A DNA stretch of 36,393 nt from assembly GCA_027066935.1 (NCBI GenBank), contig JAMOMX010000274.1:1-36393 (forward strand). The letters are read 5' to 3'. The position numbers and the translations under genes were made by a program. Below are positions 26,166 through 36,393 of this stretch, one piece after another. Origin of the DNA: Sulfurimonas sp. GTDB taxonomy: Bacteria; Campylobacterota; Campylobacteria; Campylobacterales; Sulfurimonadaceae. The notes under the pieces are model-generated. The model did no database searches, had not been told where the DNA came from, and was given only the letters and a program-made list of their open reading frames with translations. Position 1 is the first letter of the stretch. Each line of letters begins with the position of its first letter.

Positions 26166-26618
26166 CTATTGCACAAATAACAACACATATACCCATATAC
26201 CTGAAATGGAGGTAAAAATCACTCCTAAAAGGGTAATCTTACCCATCATTGGATGTTTGCGTTCACGCACATGTTTTTTTGCTTTTATTAAGGTAAAAGC
26301 CCAAATAAACATTGTAAATAAAGAGACCAAAATATGTGCTATTAAAACTATGTAAGCATAATCATGTGATACAGAACTACCCTCCATAAACACTTCAAAA
26401 CCTCCACCTACTCTAACGCCTATCTCAAAATAAATAAGTACAATCACTGAGACAATCAATAATACTGTTTGTGATATAGAGTGTGCTTTATTTCTTAATA
26501 CAATCAAAGATATACTAATCATCATTAAAAATGGTAACAGTGCTACTATTACAGTTACAAAATCCATAAAAAATGGCGCCCTTGATCCTAAAAAACCTGC
26601 CTCAAACATATAATCCAT
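26166..26618 (-). CDS. DUF420-family membrane protein
   Basis: Four TM segments with conserved His (KAH, IAHI, KHP). Confidence 0.75.
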   Translation of the reverse strand: MDYMFEAGFLGSRAPFFMDFVTVIVALLPFLMMISISLIVLRNKAHSISQTVLLIVSVIVLIYFEIGVRVGGGFEVFMEGSSVSHDYAYIVLIAHILVSLFTMFIWAFTLIKAKKHVRERKHPMMGKITLLGVIFTSISGIWVYVLLFVQ

Positions 26619-26620
26619 TT

Positions 26621-27220
26621 TTAACCTTTATTTTTTTGATATTTATAATATATAAATCCGAGCATAACTAAACTAATTAAAATAACATAGATCACTTGTT
26701 TTAAATAGATATCTATAAGCTCTTGGTTTTCGCCAATATAATATCCCAATAAAACTAAAATTAAAGCCCATAAACCAGCACCAAGCGCTGTATAAAATGA
26801 AAATATTCCTAAATGCATTTTAGACAATCCTGCAGGTATAGAGATAAGTTGGCGAATACCAGGAATGAGTCTACCTGTAAAGGTTGAGATTGCTCCATGT
26901 TTCTTAAAGTAATTATCCATTTTATCTAAAGCACTCTCTTTTATAAAGAAATATTTACCATATTTGACTAAAATTTTTCTTCCCAATAAAAGTGCCAGAT
27001 AGTAGTTTATAAAAGCACCAACCATCGATCCACCCAAGCCACTAGCCATAATCAAAGTCAAACTCATTTTGCCCTCACTAGCCAAATATCCAGCTGGAAT
27101 AAGGATAATTTCACTTGGAAAAGGGATAAATGAAGACTCAACTGTCATAAGCAGGAATATACCTAAATATCCCCAATCAAAAATTAATGCAACTAAATCT
27201 TGCGCTAACTCTTTAAGCAT
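26621..27220 (-). CDS. DedA-family membrane protein
   Basis: ESSFIPFPSE, GRLIPGIRQLISIPAG. Confidence 0.92.
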   Translation of the reverse strand: MLKELAQDLVALIFDWGYLGIFLLMTVESSFIPFPSEIILIPAGYLASEGKMSLTLIMASGLGGSMVGAFINYYLALLLGRKILVKYGKYFFIKESALDKMDNYFKKHGAISTFTGRLIPGIRQLISIPAGLSKMHLGIFSFYTALGAGLWALILVLLGYYIGENQELIDIYLKQVIYVILISLVMLGFIYYKYQKNKG

Positions 27221-28235
27221 TTAGAACCTTTTTTACATCATCTATCATTTTTTTAGCAACATTCTTTTTGGAGTACTTTAGAAGTGCTTCACTCTTTTGT
27301 TTAAGAGGCTCTTTTAAAATAGAGATCATTTTTGAGCGAAGTTTTTCACCCTCTTGTTCACACCAACCTAAATCATTATCAACAATAAATTTAGCATTAA
27401 AGTATTGATGATTGCCAGCAGCAAACGGATATGGGATAAACAGAGTTGGCACTCCATTTGCAGTTAGTTCCCACAGTGTTGATGCCCCAGCCCTCGAGAC
27501 TGCTAAATCAGCTTGAGCTATCAGCTTATCTAACTTTTTTGTAAAAGCGTATAGCTCTACCTCTATACCCAATTCTTCATACTCTTTTTTTACTCTCTTA
27601 AAATCATTTTCTCCAGCTTGATGAATAATTTTAATATGTTTTTTTCGTAGTTTATGAGCTATACTTAGTGCTAAATCATTTATAGCTTTTGCACCATGCG
27701 AACCTCCTAAAAAGATTATTGTTTTTAATTCTTCTCTAACTCTGGCTGATTTAAACAACTCCTCTTTTACTGGATACCCTTTTATAGGTGAAGCTTCATC
27801 ATAAGCTGATATAAACCTCTTTGCATATGGTTTTAGTAGTGAGTTTAATCTTCCAACTATTGCGTTTTGTTCATGAATGAAAAGTGGCAAAAACCTACTT
27901 AAAGTTGCAAATGAAGCAGGAGCTGCTGAGAATCCACCAACACTATATGTTGCTTGAATCTTATGTTGTTTAAGAATTTTACGAGATTTTAAAAATGCTA
28001 AAAATATTTTAAGTAAAGCTTTACCTTTGTTTAAACCTTTTTGATTTACCACACCAGTAGTTTCTAAAAAATAAACATGAGAAAAAGAACTATTAAACTC
28101 AAAATATTTTTTATCTTGTCCATTTGAAGAACCTATGAAAATAACCTCATGCCCATCTCCAACAGCAGCTTCAACCAAAGCCTCTGCTATCATAAGATGT
28201 CCACCAGTACCACCACCAGTTATACAAAGTTTCAT
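27213..28235 (-). CDS. murG: Lipid II GlcNAc transferase MurG
   Basis: TGGGTGGH, HEQN, GGSHGA, SRAGAST, HQYFNA. Confidence 0.95.
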   Translation of the reverse strand: MKLCITGGGTGGHLMIAEALVEAAVGDGHEVIFIGSSNGQDKKYFEFNSSFSHVYFLETTGVVNQKGLNKGKALLKIFLAFLKSRKILKQHKIQATYSVGGFSAAPASFATLSRFLPLFIHEQNAIVGRLNSLLKPYAKRFISAYDEASPIKGYPVKEELFKSARVREELKTIIFLGGSHGAKAINDLALSIAHKLRKKHIKIIHQAGENDFKRVKKEYEELGIEVELYAFTKKLDKLIAQADLAVSRAGASTLWELTANGVPTLFIPYPFAAGNHQYFNAKFIVDNDLGWCEQEGEKLRSKMISILKEPLKQKSEALLKYSKKNVAKKMIDDVKKVLNA

Positions 28236-29404
28236 TTTTCTTTCTCCATATTAACCTTTTTAGATGCCATTAAAATCATCCCTATCGCAATTGAAGAAGC
28301 AATTATTGCAGAACCACCATAAGAAAGAAAAGGTACTGAAATTCCCTTAATTGGAGTAATTCCGCTAATCCCATAAGCATTTACTAAAAATGCAAAACTA
28401 AGCATTAACCCAATCCCTATGCTAAATAGGTAGATATGAGAATCATTTGAACGATTTGCTATTTTAAAAATTCTTTGTAACATCCACATAAAAATAAACA
28501 CTACAAACAAAACACCAAAAAAGCCAAACTCTTCAGCAAGACCAGCTAAAATAAAATCTGTATGTACCTCCGATAAAAAGCCAAGCTTAAATGTTCCATT
28601 TGCGATACCAGTACCAAAAAATCCACCATTATAAATAGCATTTAAAGAGTGACCTATTTGATATGGAACAACCTCTGTTGGAACTCGAAGTTCATTTGCC
28701 AATACATCTGGTAAAAATGAAAGTATTGTATCTTGTGCGGTTGCCCACCATGATTTTATACGTATAATTCTATGCTCAGCAGTAAAAATAAAAAATACAA
28801 AAAATACAAGCGAAAAAGATAAAAGTGTAAAGAAAAACCTAAAACTGCTACCTACAAACATCAACATAAATAACAAAGTAAGCCCTAAAACTACAACTTG
28901 CCCTAAATCATTTTGAATAAAAGCAATCATAAACATAGCTACTATAAAAACTACTGCATATGGGGCAAAACGTATAAATTCATCTTTTAAATTCATATTT
29001 TTATAATCACCTAGTTTCCTTGAAAAACTCCATGCTAAAAAATATATAAATCCAATTTTAAAAAATTCAACAGGAGCCAAGGAAAAACCAAAAACTTTTA
29101 TCCATCTTTTTGCCCCACCAACTGCTGATACTAAAAACTCTGGTAAAAAAGGCATAGCAATCATTAAAAGGCTAGAGCCTATAAATAAAGTAAATCCGAG
29201 TGGGGTCAACCATTTGTCTGGGTCAAGTTTAGTCAATAACCAAATGATGGATATGCTTAAAAATCCAAATATAGCTTGACGAATGGCAAAATGAAATTCA
29301 TTTACTTCAAAACGCAAAGCTGTATATGAAGATAAGCTATATGCTAGTATTATACTAATACCAATAAGGATAGAGACCAAAGTGAAAAGTTTTTTATCAG
29401 CCAA
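28232..29404 (-). CDS. ftsW: SEDS-family peptidoglycan polymerase FtsW
   Basis: GGAKRWI, PVEFFK, QNDLG, EVHTDFI, PFLSYGGS; upstream of murG. Confidence 0.92.
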   Translation of the reverse strand: MADKKLFTLVSILIGISIILAYSLSSYTALRFEVNEFHFAIRQAIFGFLSISIIWLLTKLDPDKWLTPLGFTLFIGSSLLMIAMPFLPEFLVSAVGGAKRWIKVFGFSLAPVEFFKIGFIYFLAWSFSRKLGDYKNMNLKDEFIRFAPYAVVFIVAMFMIAFIQNDLGQVVVLGLTLLFMLMFVGSSFRFFFTLLSFSLVFFVFFIFTAEHRIIRIKSWWATAQDTILSFLPDVLANELRVPTEVVPYQIGHSLNAIYNGGFFGTGIANGTFKLGFLSEVHTDFILAGLAEEFGFFGVLFVVFIFMWMLQRIFKIANRSNDSHIYLFSIGIGLMLSFAFLVNAYGISGITPIKGISVPFLSYGGSAIIASSIAIGMILMASKKVNMEKEK

Positions 29405-29409
29405 GATAG

Positions 29410-29931
29410 TTACTTTATTTTATTTATTTTTAAAACAAATTCAACTTCAGCTTTTGATATATGAAGCTCTCTTGATATGGTCTCTAAGTCAATCCCTTGT
29501 TTGTAAAGTGAGATAACTTTTTCATCATCATTTGCATGTATTGATGAGGGAATTGATATTTGTTTTACACCATTCTCTAGGTTTGAAACGCGAGACTCAA
29601 TTTGAGAATCTACTATCTCTACACTCTCTTGCACCTGCTTTAATGCTTGAGATAAAGGATGAACTAAATCATAAACACTTCTTTCTATCTCTTGATATAT
29701 CTCTTCATCACTCATACCACGAGGATCTATTTTTGATTTTATTTGTATCTCTTTTGTACTTTTTTTCAAATAATAAATTTCACGATTTAAATCTTCAACA
29801 ACAGAGGCTATAGAGTGTAAATTTTGATTATATTGTGTGTCTTTAGTATATACATAGTATATTAAGTAAAGTATAATAGCTGACATAGCAACTACTACAT
29901 ATTCTAGGTGAAAAAGGTCACTATATGTCAC
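29410..29931 (-). CDS. Single-TM coiled-coil protein with C-terminal HTH-like domain (DUF6115-like)
   Basis: N-terminal TM; VISLYKQGIDLETISRELHISKAEVEFVL. Confidence 0.65.
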   Translation of the reverse strand: MTYSDLFHLEYVVVAMSAIILYLIYYVYTKDTQYNQNLHSIASVVEDLNREIYYLKKSTKEIQIKSKIDPRGMSDEEIYQEIERSVYDLVHPLSQALKQVQESVEIVDSQIESRVSNLENGVKQISIPSSIHANDDEKVISLYKQGIDLETISRELHISKAEVEFVLKINKIK

Positions 29932-30449
29932 GATTTTTTCTCTTTAGCTTCACGAATTAATATACGCTCTCTCGCTGTTAAATATGAACTCCACTCTTTG
30001 GAATCTCTTTCATGTATTTTAGTGATTTCTGCTAAAGAGGTATCAATAGCTTTAAAATAAACTGCTACATCTCTTTTTGGATGAACAGGCATAGCTACAC
30101 GGGCATAATAGTTTTCCCCTATTTCTAATTCAGGTGATACCAATTTAAAATGATCATGACCAATTGATTCTATCTCAGATTCATTTGATAAAGATATCCT
30201 TTTTTGTTTTTCATTTTTTAGTATCATCTCTAAGTTGTCAATTTTTCTATGTAGTTCAACTAAAAGATTTAATAAAACATCATCTGTTTCAGCTGTTTCA
30301 CCCCTTGCTTTTGCAAGCTTTAACCATTGACTTATTGGATCTTCATCAAGTCCACTAAGTTGTTGGTATTCTTTTTCAAAAGCTTCTGCATTATCTGATA
30401 CTTTTGAATAGATAAGACTTATTGGTGCTGGGACTAAACGAACACTCAT
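29928..30449 (-). CDS. Conserved Campylobacterota protein, possibly FlgX-like flagellar stator chaperone
   Basis: EDPISQWLK, LLVELHRKID; size and position directly after ubiA/mqnP recall the C. jejuni locus; assignment from memory of synteny only. Confidence 0.45.
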   Translation of the reverse strand: MSVRLVPAPISLIYSKVSDNAEAFEKEYQQLSGLDEDPISQWLKLAKARGETAETDDVLLNLLVELHRKIDNLEMILKNEKQKRISLSNESEIESIGHDHFKLVSPELEIGENYYARVAMPVHPKRDVAVYFKAIDTSLAEITKIHERDSKEWSSYLTARERILIREAKEKKS

Positions 30450-31306
30450 AAAAGAATCTTATCCATAAAAATTAATATAAAAAAAGCAATTCCTAGATAA
30501 CCATTTATAGTGAAAAAAGCTTTATCTATTTTGGTGAAATCTTTTCTTACAAGATAATGTTCATAACCTAGCATAAAGGCACTTAAAATCACAGCTACCC
30601 ATGCAAAACTACCTAGTGATGCAGTCCAAACAAACATAGCCCAAAAAATTATACTTAACACATGAAATATTAAAGATATAAATAGTGTTGATTGTGTTCC
30701 ATACTTAGATGGAATTGAGTGAAGGTTATTTTGTATATCAAACTCAATATCTTGAAGGGAGTAAAGTAAGTCAAATCCAGCTACCCAAAAGATAACACCA
30801 AGTGATAATAAAACAGACCATGGAGTAATCTCTCCAAGAACCGCAACAACTCCAGCAATAGGAGCCAATCCCAAAGATATACCAAGAACTATATGAGCTA
30901 AAGAAGAGAATCGTTTAAAGTAAGAGTATGAACCTAAAATAAGAAGAATTGGAAAACTAAGCCAAAAAGCTAACGAATTTATCATATATGCTATTGCTAT
31001 AAATACTAATGCATTTACAACTACAAAAAGCATAATAGATGGGGCATTAAGTCTTCCATCAACATTTGGTCTGCTAGAAGTTCTTGGATTTTGTCCATCT
31101 ATATCACGATCAGCATATCTATTTAAGCCCATTGCAAAATTTCTAGCACTAACAGCAGCTCCAATACCAAGTATAAGTAAAGTAAAGCCAAACCATCCAT
31201 CAGCTGCTACAATCATCGCTATAAAAATAAACGGAAGAGAGAAGATGGAGTGCTTAAACATCACTAACTCGTTAAAATCTTTTAATTTACTCATATATTT
31301 TTGCAA
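30446..31306 (-). CDS. mqnP: UbiA-family menaquinone (futalosine pathway) prenyltransferase
   Basis: HSIFSLPF, NRYADRDID..NPRT..RP, YSYFKRF, GFDLLYSLQDIEFD. Confidence 0.9.
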   Translation of the reverse strand: MQKYMSKLKDFNELVMFKHSIFSLPFIFIAMIVAADGWFGFTLLILGIGAAVSARNFAMGLNRYADRDIDGQNPRTSSRPNVDGRLNAPSIMLFVVVNALVFIAIAYMINSLAFWLSFPILLILGSYSYFKRFSSLAHIVLGISLGLAPIAGVVAVLGEITPWSVLLSLGVIFWVAGFDLLYSLQDIEFDIQNNLHSIPSKYGTQSTLFISLIFHVLSIIFWAMFVWTASLGSFAWVAVILSAFMLGYEHYLVRKDFTKIDKAFFTINGYLGIAFFILIFMDKILL

Positions 31307-31371
31307 AAAAATACCCCTATTTATTAAATGAGTCTATTCTATCTAAAGCTTGGTTAAAATCTAATTTTTTT

Positions 31372-33291
31372 TTATTTAATTTTATCTATTATTGCATCTA
31401 CTGAGAAACCAAACTTCTTAAATAACTCACTTGCTGGTGCAGATGCTCCAAAACTATCCATAGAGATTACTGTATCTGCAAACTTGTACCACTCTAAACC
31501 ACGAGCTGCTTCTATTGCTATAGTTTTAGTGCCATCTATGATAATTGAGTTTATATATGAAGAGTCTTGTTCTAATAAAAGATCATAACAAGGAACTGAA
31601 ACAACATTTACTGCTACATCTATAGCATTTAATGATTCTTTAACTTTTAAAGCAAGTTCAACTTCACTTCCACTAGCCATAAGAGTGATAACAGCATTTT
31701 TATCAGACGCTAGTAAATAACCACCCTGAGCAGCTGTACCAAATACTGAAGCTGGAAGAATTGAAAGATTTTGACGAGAACATACAAATGCTGATGGAGA
31801 TTTATCCATACTAAGAGCTGTTTTCCAAGCTTGAACATTTTCTACTCCATCTGCTGGTCTCCAAACATAAAAGTTAGGAAGTGCACGAAACTGTGAAAGA
31901 TGCTCAATTGGTTGATGAGTTGGACCATCCTCACCAACACCGATAGAATCATGTGTCCAGATGAAAAACTGTTGAATCCCTGTAAGTGCCGCAATGCGAG
32001 CTGCTGGTTTTAGGTAATCTGAAAACACAAAAAATGTAGCTGAAAAAGGGAGAAGTGGACCATAAAGAGCCATTGCATTAGTAATTGATGCCATTGCATG
32101 TTCACGGATACCAAAGTATATATTTCTACCTTTTGGATAAACTCCCATATCATTTAGGTTAGTTTTATTAGATGGGCTTAAATCTGCACTCCCACCTAAG
32201 AAACTTGGTATCCCTCTAGCAATTGCATTCATAATTTTTCCATTTGTACCACGAGTAGCTTCAGCTTTTTCAAATGTTGGATAATCAATGCGAGAAAAAT
32301 CTGGATTTTGTAATGCATCAAGAGCCTCATTCTGCTCCATTAATGGAAGAGTTTTTTGTGAGTGAATCCACTCACGCTCTAGTAAATCACCCTCTTCAAT
32401 AGCACATCTAAATCTAATAATAACATCTTCATCTACATAAAAAGTTTTATCAGGGTCAAATCCAGCAGCTACTTTAGCTTCTGCAATCACTTCATCACCA
32501 AGTGGTGCACCATGAGAATGGTGAGAACCCTCTAGTTTACCAGCACCTTTTGCAATAATAGTGTTTGCTATGATGATAGTAGGCTTAGTATTTGCTTTTG
32601 CAGTAGTTAAACATTTGTCAATTTCATCAAAATTATGTCCATCACACTCTAAAACATCCCAACCTTGGGACTCAAAACGCATACGAATATCTTCTGAAAT
32701 ACTTAAATCAGTCGAACCCTCAATAGTGATGCGGTTTGAATCATAGATAAGAATCAAGTTGTCAAGTTTATTGTGTCCTGCTATAGAGCAAGCTTCATAA
32801 GAGATACCCTCTTCTAAATCACCATCGCCACATAAACAATAAACATTATGATCAATCAGCTTAGCAGTTTCAGAATTAACTTGTGCGCCAACAAACTTTG
32901 AAGCCATTGAAAAACCAACAGCATTAGCGATACCTTGACCTAAAGGACCAGTAGTAATCTCTATACCTTTAGTATGGCCATACTCTGGATGACCTGGTGT
33001 TTTAGAATCTAGTTGACGGAAATTTTTTAAATCATCAATCTCTAAACCATATCCCCAAAGGTAATAAAGGGAATATATAAGACCAGTTGCGTGACCACCT
33101 GAAAAAACTAATCTATCACGATTTAACCAATTGGGATTTTTTGGATTATGATTTAAGTGTTCACTTAAAACTACAGCTATATCTGCAAGTCCCATTGGTG
33201 CACCTGGGTGACCTGAGTTCGCAGCTTGAACCATATCTGCTGCTAAAAATCTTATACTATCTGCCATCTTTTGACGCATTACATTACTCAT
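31372..33291 (-). CDS. tkt: Transketolase
   Basis: SGHPGAPMG, TTGPLGQG, GDGDLEEG, THDSIGVGEDGPTHQP. Confidence 0.97.
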   Translation of the reverse strand: MSNVMRQKMADSIRFLAADMVQAANSGHPGAPMGLADIAVVLSEHLNHNPKNPNWLNRDRLVFSGGHATGLIYSLYYLWGYGLEIDDLKNFRQLDSKTPGHPEYGHTKGIEITTGPLGQGIANAVGFSMASKFVGAQVNSETAKLIDHNVYCLCGDGDLEEGISYEACSIAGHNKLDNLILIYDSNRITIEGSTDLSISEDIRMRFESQGWDVLECDGHNFDEIDKCLTTAKANTKPTIIIANTIIAKGAGKLEGSHHSHGAPLGDEVIAEAKVAAGFDPDKTFYVDEDVIIRFRCAIEEGDLLEREWIHSQKTLPLMEQNEALDALQNPDFSRIDYPTFEKAEATRGTNGKIMNAIARGIPSFLGGSADLSPSNKTNLNDMGVYPKGRNIYFGIREHAMASITNAMALYGPLLPFSATFFVFSDYLKPAARIAALTGIQQFFIWTHDSIGVGEDGPTHQPIEHLSQFRALPNFYVWRPADGVENVQAWKTALSMDKSPSAFVCSRQNLSILPASVFGTAAQGGYLLASDKNAVITLMASGSEVELALKVKESLNAIDVAVNVVSVPCYDLLLEQDSSYINSIIIDGTKTIAIEAARGLEWYKFADTVISMDSFGASAPASELFKKFGFSVDAIIDKIK

Positions 33292-33294
33292 TTA

Positions 33295-34143
33295 TTATCC
33301 TCTATGTCTATTTATATATTTTGTAAGTAGTGGTGAGAGTTCATTTTTTAAATTCTCATCAAAATTGTTCAACTCTTTTTCAAGTTCATTCGCTAAAGTA
33401 TTTGCTTCTTTCATACTCTCATCTAAGCCTATCAAAGTAACAAAACTATTTTTATCTCCATCATTACCAGTTAACTTTCCAGCTTCTTGTGAACTTTGTG
33501 TTACATCTAAAATATCATCTTGAATTTGAAATAAAAGCCCAAGTTTAATACCAAAATCATATAAACTTTTTGCAAGTTCTTCACGACCAACAATAATAGC
33601 ACCCATCTTAAGTGAAGCGGCTATTAATTTTGCTGTTTTATTTATATGTAAAATTTTTACATCCTCAATTGGAAGTGGTTTATTTTCAAAATAACAATCA
33701 ATTGCTTGTCCTAAAACCATTCCATTGAGTCCACCATTTGTAGCTAACTCTCTTATTAGTTGAACTCTTGTGTAATCTGAAAAAGGGGCATTGCTTAAAA
33801 CTTCAAAAGAGTAGGTATTTAATGCATCTCCAACAAGGATAGCAGTTACTTCATCATAAGATATATGCAATGTTGGTTTGCCACGACGGAGTGGTGAGTT
33901 ATCCATAGCTGGTAAATCATCATGGATAAGAGAATAAGTATGCAATAACTCAACCGCAAAAGCAACATGGTTAGCTCCATCAAGTATAAGCTTATTATAT
34001 GCACCTACTACACCAAGAATTAGTGCTGGACGAAATCGTTTTCCTCCTGCAATAAGCATCTCGTGAAGAGCTTTTTCATATGTTGGATGAATAGACTTTG
34101 ATTTTGGCAGATTATCTAATAAAAATTTCTCAAAATTTTGCAT
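33295..34143 (-). CDS. ispA: Geranyltranstransferase / FPP synthase
   Basis: GGKRFRP, SLIHDDLPAMD..RRG, FQIQDDILD. Confidence 0.93.
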   Translation of the reverse strand: MQNFEKFLLDNLPKSKSIHPTYEKALHEMLIAGGKRFRPALILGVVGAYNKLILDGANHVAFAVELLHTYSLIHDDLPAMDNSPLRRGKPTLHISYDEVTAILVGDALNTYSFEVLSNAPFSDYTRVQLIRELATNGGLNGMVLGQAIDCYFENKPLPIEDVKILHINKTAKLIAASLKMGAIIVGREELAKSLYDFGIKLGLLFQIQDDILDVTQSSQEAGKLTGNDGDKNSFVTLIGLDESMKEANTLANELEKELNNFDENLKNELSPLLTKYINRHRG

Positions 34144-34155
34144 ATGAAAGTTTAA

Positions 34156-35136
34156 CTAATTTATGTTCACAAAAAACTGAAAATTTTCTCTTGTGAAGAG
34201 TAGTGATGCAAAATGTTTAAAATCTTCAATATTTTTTCTAATATCACTAATGGTATTTACTTTTTTTCCATTCACTTGGAGTAATTTATCACCAACTAAT
34301 AATCCATACTTTTTAAACTCATCACCAATCTTTAAAATTGTTAAATCTTCACTAAAGTATAAACCTTTAGTCTCCAAAAAAGTATCACTTATATAACCAC
34401 CACCATATCTTTTTTTGATAGTTGTATCTAGCGTCAAAAACTTGTTCTCTCTTTTGATTTTCACCTTGATTTTTTCTCCAAGTTTTGAAAATAATATTTT
34501 TCTCATAACTTCAGCACTATTTTTTACTTTGAGTTTATCTATTGAAACTATACAATCACCTTTTACAAACTCTATTGAACTATCAAAAGGGTTTACTCTT
34601 TGCACTATAACAAGATTTTTTTCATCATCAACACGAATTCCAATATCGCCATACTCAAGCTTTTTTGAATTTAAAAAATTATCAATATACTCTTTTTCTA
34701 TTATTCCCTGAGGTGTTATCAATCCATCTAGTGCACAACAAGAGTTTAAAAGTAAGCTAGGTGCGTATACTGCCTCGCTAAATGTTGCAAACTTGTTTAG
34801 CCCTATTTGTTTTTTGATAATTTTGCCCTCTGTAATCATTTTAGAAGTTAAAGCAGCTGAACCTAATGATAATTTATAATTTGTACGAAAAGGGTGCTTG
34901 AATTTTTTTGAGTCTTTAATTAAATATAAATTTAAAAAAGGGTCATGTTTTAATATATTAGCATCTGGTTTAGTATTTGAGTAGATAAGTTTTTGATTTT
35001 TTAAAAGTGGAACTTGAAGAGCATTTACGCCAATTGCGCGTGAATCAATAATTTTTTGTTGACAACCTTTATAGCCATCTACACATGCATATAAATTTAT
35101 GAAAAAAAATGAAAGTGTAAGCAAAAGCTTTAACAC
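34156..35136 (-). CDS. Exported PDZ-domain protein
   Basis: Signal peptide, YGDIGIRV and GDKLLQVNG PDZ motifs; panD-ybaB-PDZ order typical of the phylum. Confidence 0.8.
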   Translation of the reverse strand: MLKLLLTLSFFFINLYACVDGYKGCQQKIIDSRAIGVNALQVPLLKNQKLIYSNTKPDANILKHDPFLNLYLIKDSKKFKHPFRTNYKLSLGSAALTSKMITEGKIIKKQIGLNKFATFSEAVYAPSLLLNSCCALDGLITPQGIIEKEYIDNFLNSKKLEYGDIGIRVDDEKNLVIVQRVNPFDSSIEFVKGDCIVSIDKLKVKNSAEVMRKILFSKLGEKIKVKIKRENKFLTLDTTIKKRYGGGYISDTFLETKGLYFSEDLTILKIGDEFKKYGLLVGDKLLQVNGKKVNTISDIRKNIEDFKHFASLLFTRENFQFFVNIN

Positions 35137-35454
35137 TTAGTTCCCTCCAAATGGATTGGCACCGCCCATACCGCCAAGCATACCCATTGTTGAGCTTTCT
35201 TGGTTTTTTTGAACCATTGCATAGGCATCATTTATTGCACCTATTAGTAGTATTTGGAGTGTATCTTTATCACTAAGCAAAGAGTCATCAATATTTAAGT
35301 CAATAATCTCTCCTCTACCGTTGATGTTTATCTCTATCATGCCACCGCCAGTTTTTACACTAAATGTTTTGGATTCTAGTTCTTCTTTAAGTTTAGCTAC
35401 ATTGCCTTGCATACCCTCAAGCATTTTAGCCATATCGCCCATATTTCCAAACAT
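35137..35454 (-). CDS. ybaB: YbaB/EbfC nucleoid-associated protein
   Basis: GGGMIEININGRGEIIDLNID..D...LQILLIGAINDA. Confidence 0.92.
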   Translation of the reverse strand: MFGNMGDMAKMLEGMQGNVAKLKEELESKTFSVKTGGGMIEININGRGEIIDLNIDDSLLSDKDTLQILLIGAINDAYAMVQKNQESSTMGMLGGMGGANPFGGN

Positions 35455-35471
35455 TATTTTTCTCCCATTAG

Positions 35472-35837
35472 TTAGATAGTATCTAGTATTTCATCAATAT
35501 TGTTTTCATCATTTACTAAAACAACTTTTGGTTTGTAGTTTTCTAATTCTTTTTCATTGTATGAAGCATAAGCAACAATGATAATTTTATCACCCCTATG
35601 CACTTTTCTAGCAGCTGCACCATTTAGGCATATATCACGATTGCCGCGTTCTCCCAAAATAACATAAGTTGAAAAACGCTCACCATTGTTGATATTTAAT
35701 ATTTCTACTTTTTGACCTACACGCATTTTTGAAGCTTCTAAAAGTTCTTCATCAATAGTGATTGAACCCACATAGTTTAGGTTTGCATCTGTAACAGTTG
35801 CACGGTGAATTTTGCTATAAAGCATCTCTATATTCAT
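35472..35837 (-). CDS. panD: Aspartate 1-decarboxylase
   Basis: [32 protein letters not shown]. Confidence 0.97.
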   Translation of the reverse strand: MNIEMLYSKIHRATVTDANLNYVGSITIDEELLEASKMRVGQKVEILNINNGERFSTYVILGERGNRDICLNGAAARKVHRGDKIIIVAYASYNEKELENYKPKVVLVNDENNIDEILDTI

Positions 35838-35846
35838 CTTTTTTTC

Positions 35847-36230
35847 CTACATTCCCATTTGAGTCTTCATATCACGAGGAGAGATTGCTTCATCCCATAA
35901 TTCAGATTCTATAACATACTCTTCAACTACATTTCCGCCAATAATATGTTCTTTTATAATTCTATCAATTTTTTCTTTAGTTAAAGCTGTATACATAATA
36001 TGACCTGGTTCTACTAACATAACTGGACCAGCATTACAGCGATTTAAACAAGCTGTACGAATTGGCTGAACTGTCCCCATAATACCCTCTTGCATAATTT
36101 TTTGAGAAAGATATTGAAAAAGTTGTTGCGATTCTGTATCTTGTTGAGACACACATGATGGTTTAGGCATTCCTGGAGGTGAAGATTGTTCACATTTGAA
36201 CATATAAAAAGCTGGTTGTGGGATTCCCAT
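35847..36230 (-). CDS. Thioredoxin-like [2Fe-2S] ferredoxin
   Basis: C-x12-C...CLNRC..GP and EHIIGG motifs. Confidence 0.85.
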   Translation of the reverse strand: MGIPQPAFYMFKCEQSSPPGMPKPSCVSQQDTESQQLFQYLSQKIMQEGIMGTVQPIRTACLNRCNAGPVMLVEPGHIMYTALTKEKIDRIIKEHIIGGNVVEEYVIESELWDEAISPRDMKTQMGM

Positions 36231-36393
36231 AATTAAATTCCTTAAATTTTTTTCGAAATTATATCTAAAATCATATTCTTTTAAGTTAAGAAAAAACTTT
36301 TTAGATATAATTCAACTAATATTAAATTTAACGGAAACAATCACTTGAAAAAAATACTACTTTTAACAATTTTTATGACATCACTTTTTGCTG

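Noticed and set aside
20221-34711. Remaining short opposite-strand or out-of-frame ORFs in the track (20221, 26161, 29532, 30164, 32561, 33087, 34193, 34415)
   Set aside because: All overlap confidently assigned genes and show no motifs

Overview
AT-rich chromosomal segment of a Campylobacterota bacterium; gene content, synteny and promoter style suggest a Sulfurimonas-like organism (inference). Left to right: (1) an integrase-less integron-type gene cassette (small membrane protein plus a 70-bp attC) joined at its 5' end to an unusual GC-rich double hairpin rather than a recognisable attI/attC, followed by a probable truncated second cassette and preceded by a cluster of TAACACACA repeats; (2) a flagellin-glycosylation locus (sigma54-type promoter, NeuB fused to a sugar isomerase/epimerase TIM barrel, SAM methyltransferase, CMP-nonulosonate synthetase, divergent Maf transferase); (3) a DUF2249-like/multipass membrane/DUF59 operon behind an Fnr/Nss-type box, with a convergent truncated NosL-like gene; (4) a czcCBA-type RND metal efflux operon headed by an apparently leaderless small ORF ending in RPP; (5) typA, a tRNA nucleotidyltransferase and a DUF6765-like metallohydrolase; (6) a DccRS/CrdRS-like two-component operon with two matching direct-repeat promoters and two c-type cytochromes; (7) mostly housekeeping genes (comM, SprT-like, DksA/TraR-like, tetraheme cytochrome, bcp, DUF420, DedA, murG, ftsW, FlgX-like, mqnP, tkt, ispA, PDZ protein, ybaB, panD, 2Fe-2S ferredoxin). 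No rRNA, tRNA, CRISPR array, integrase or transposase was seen. All family assignments are from motif recognition, not database searches.
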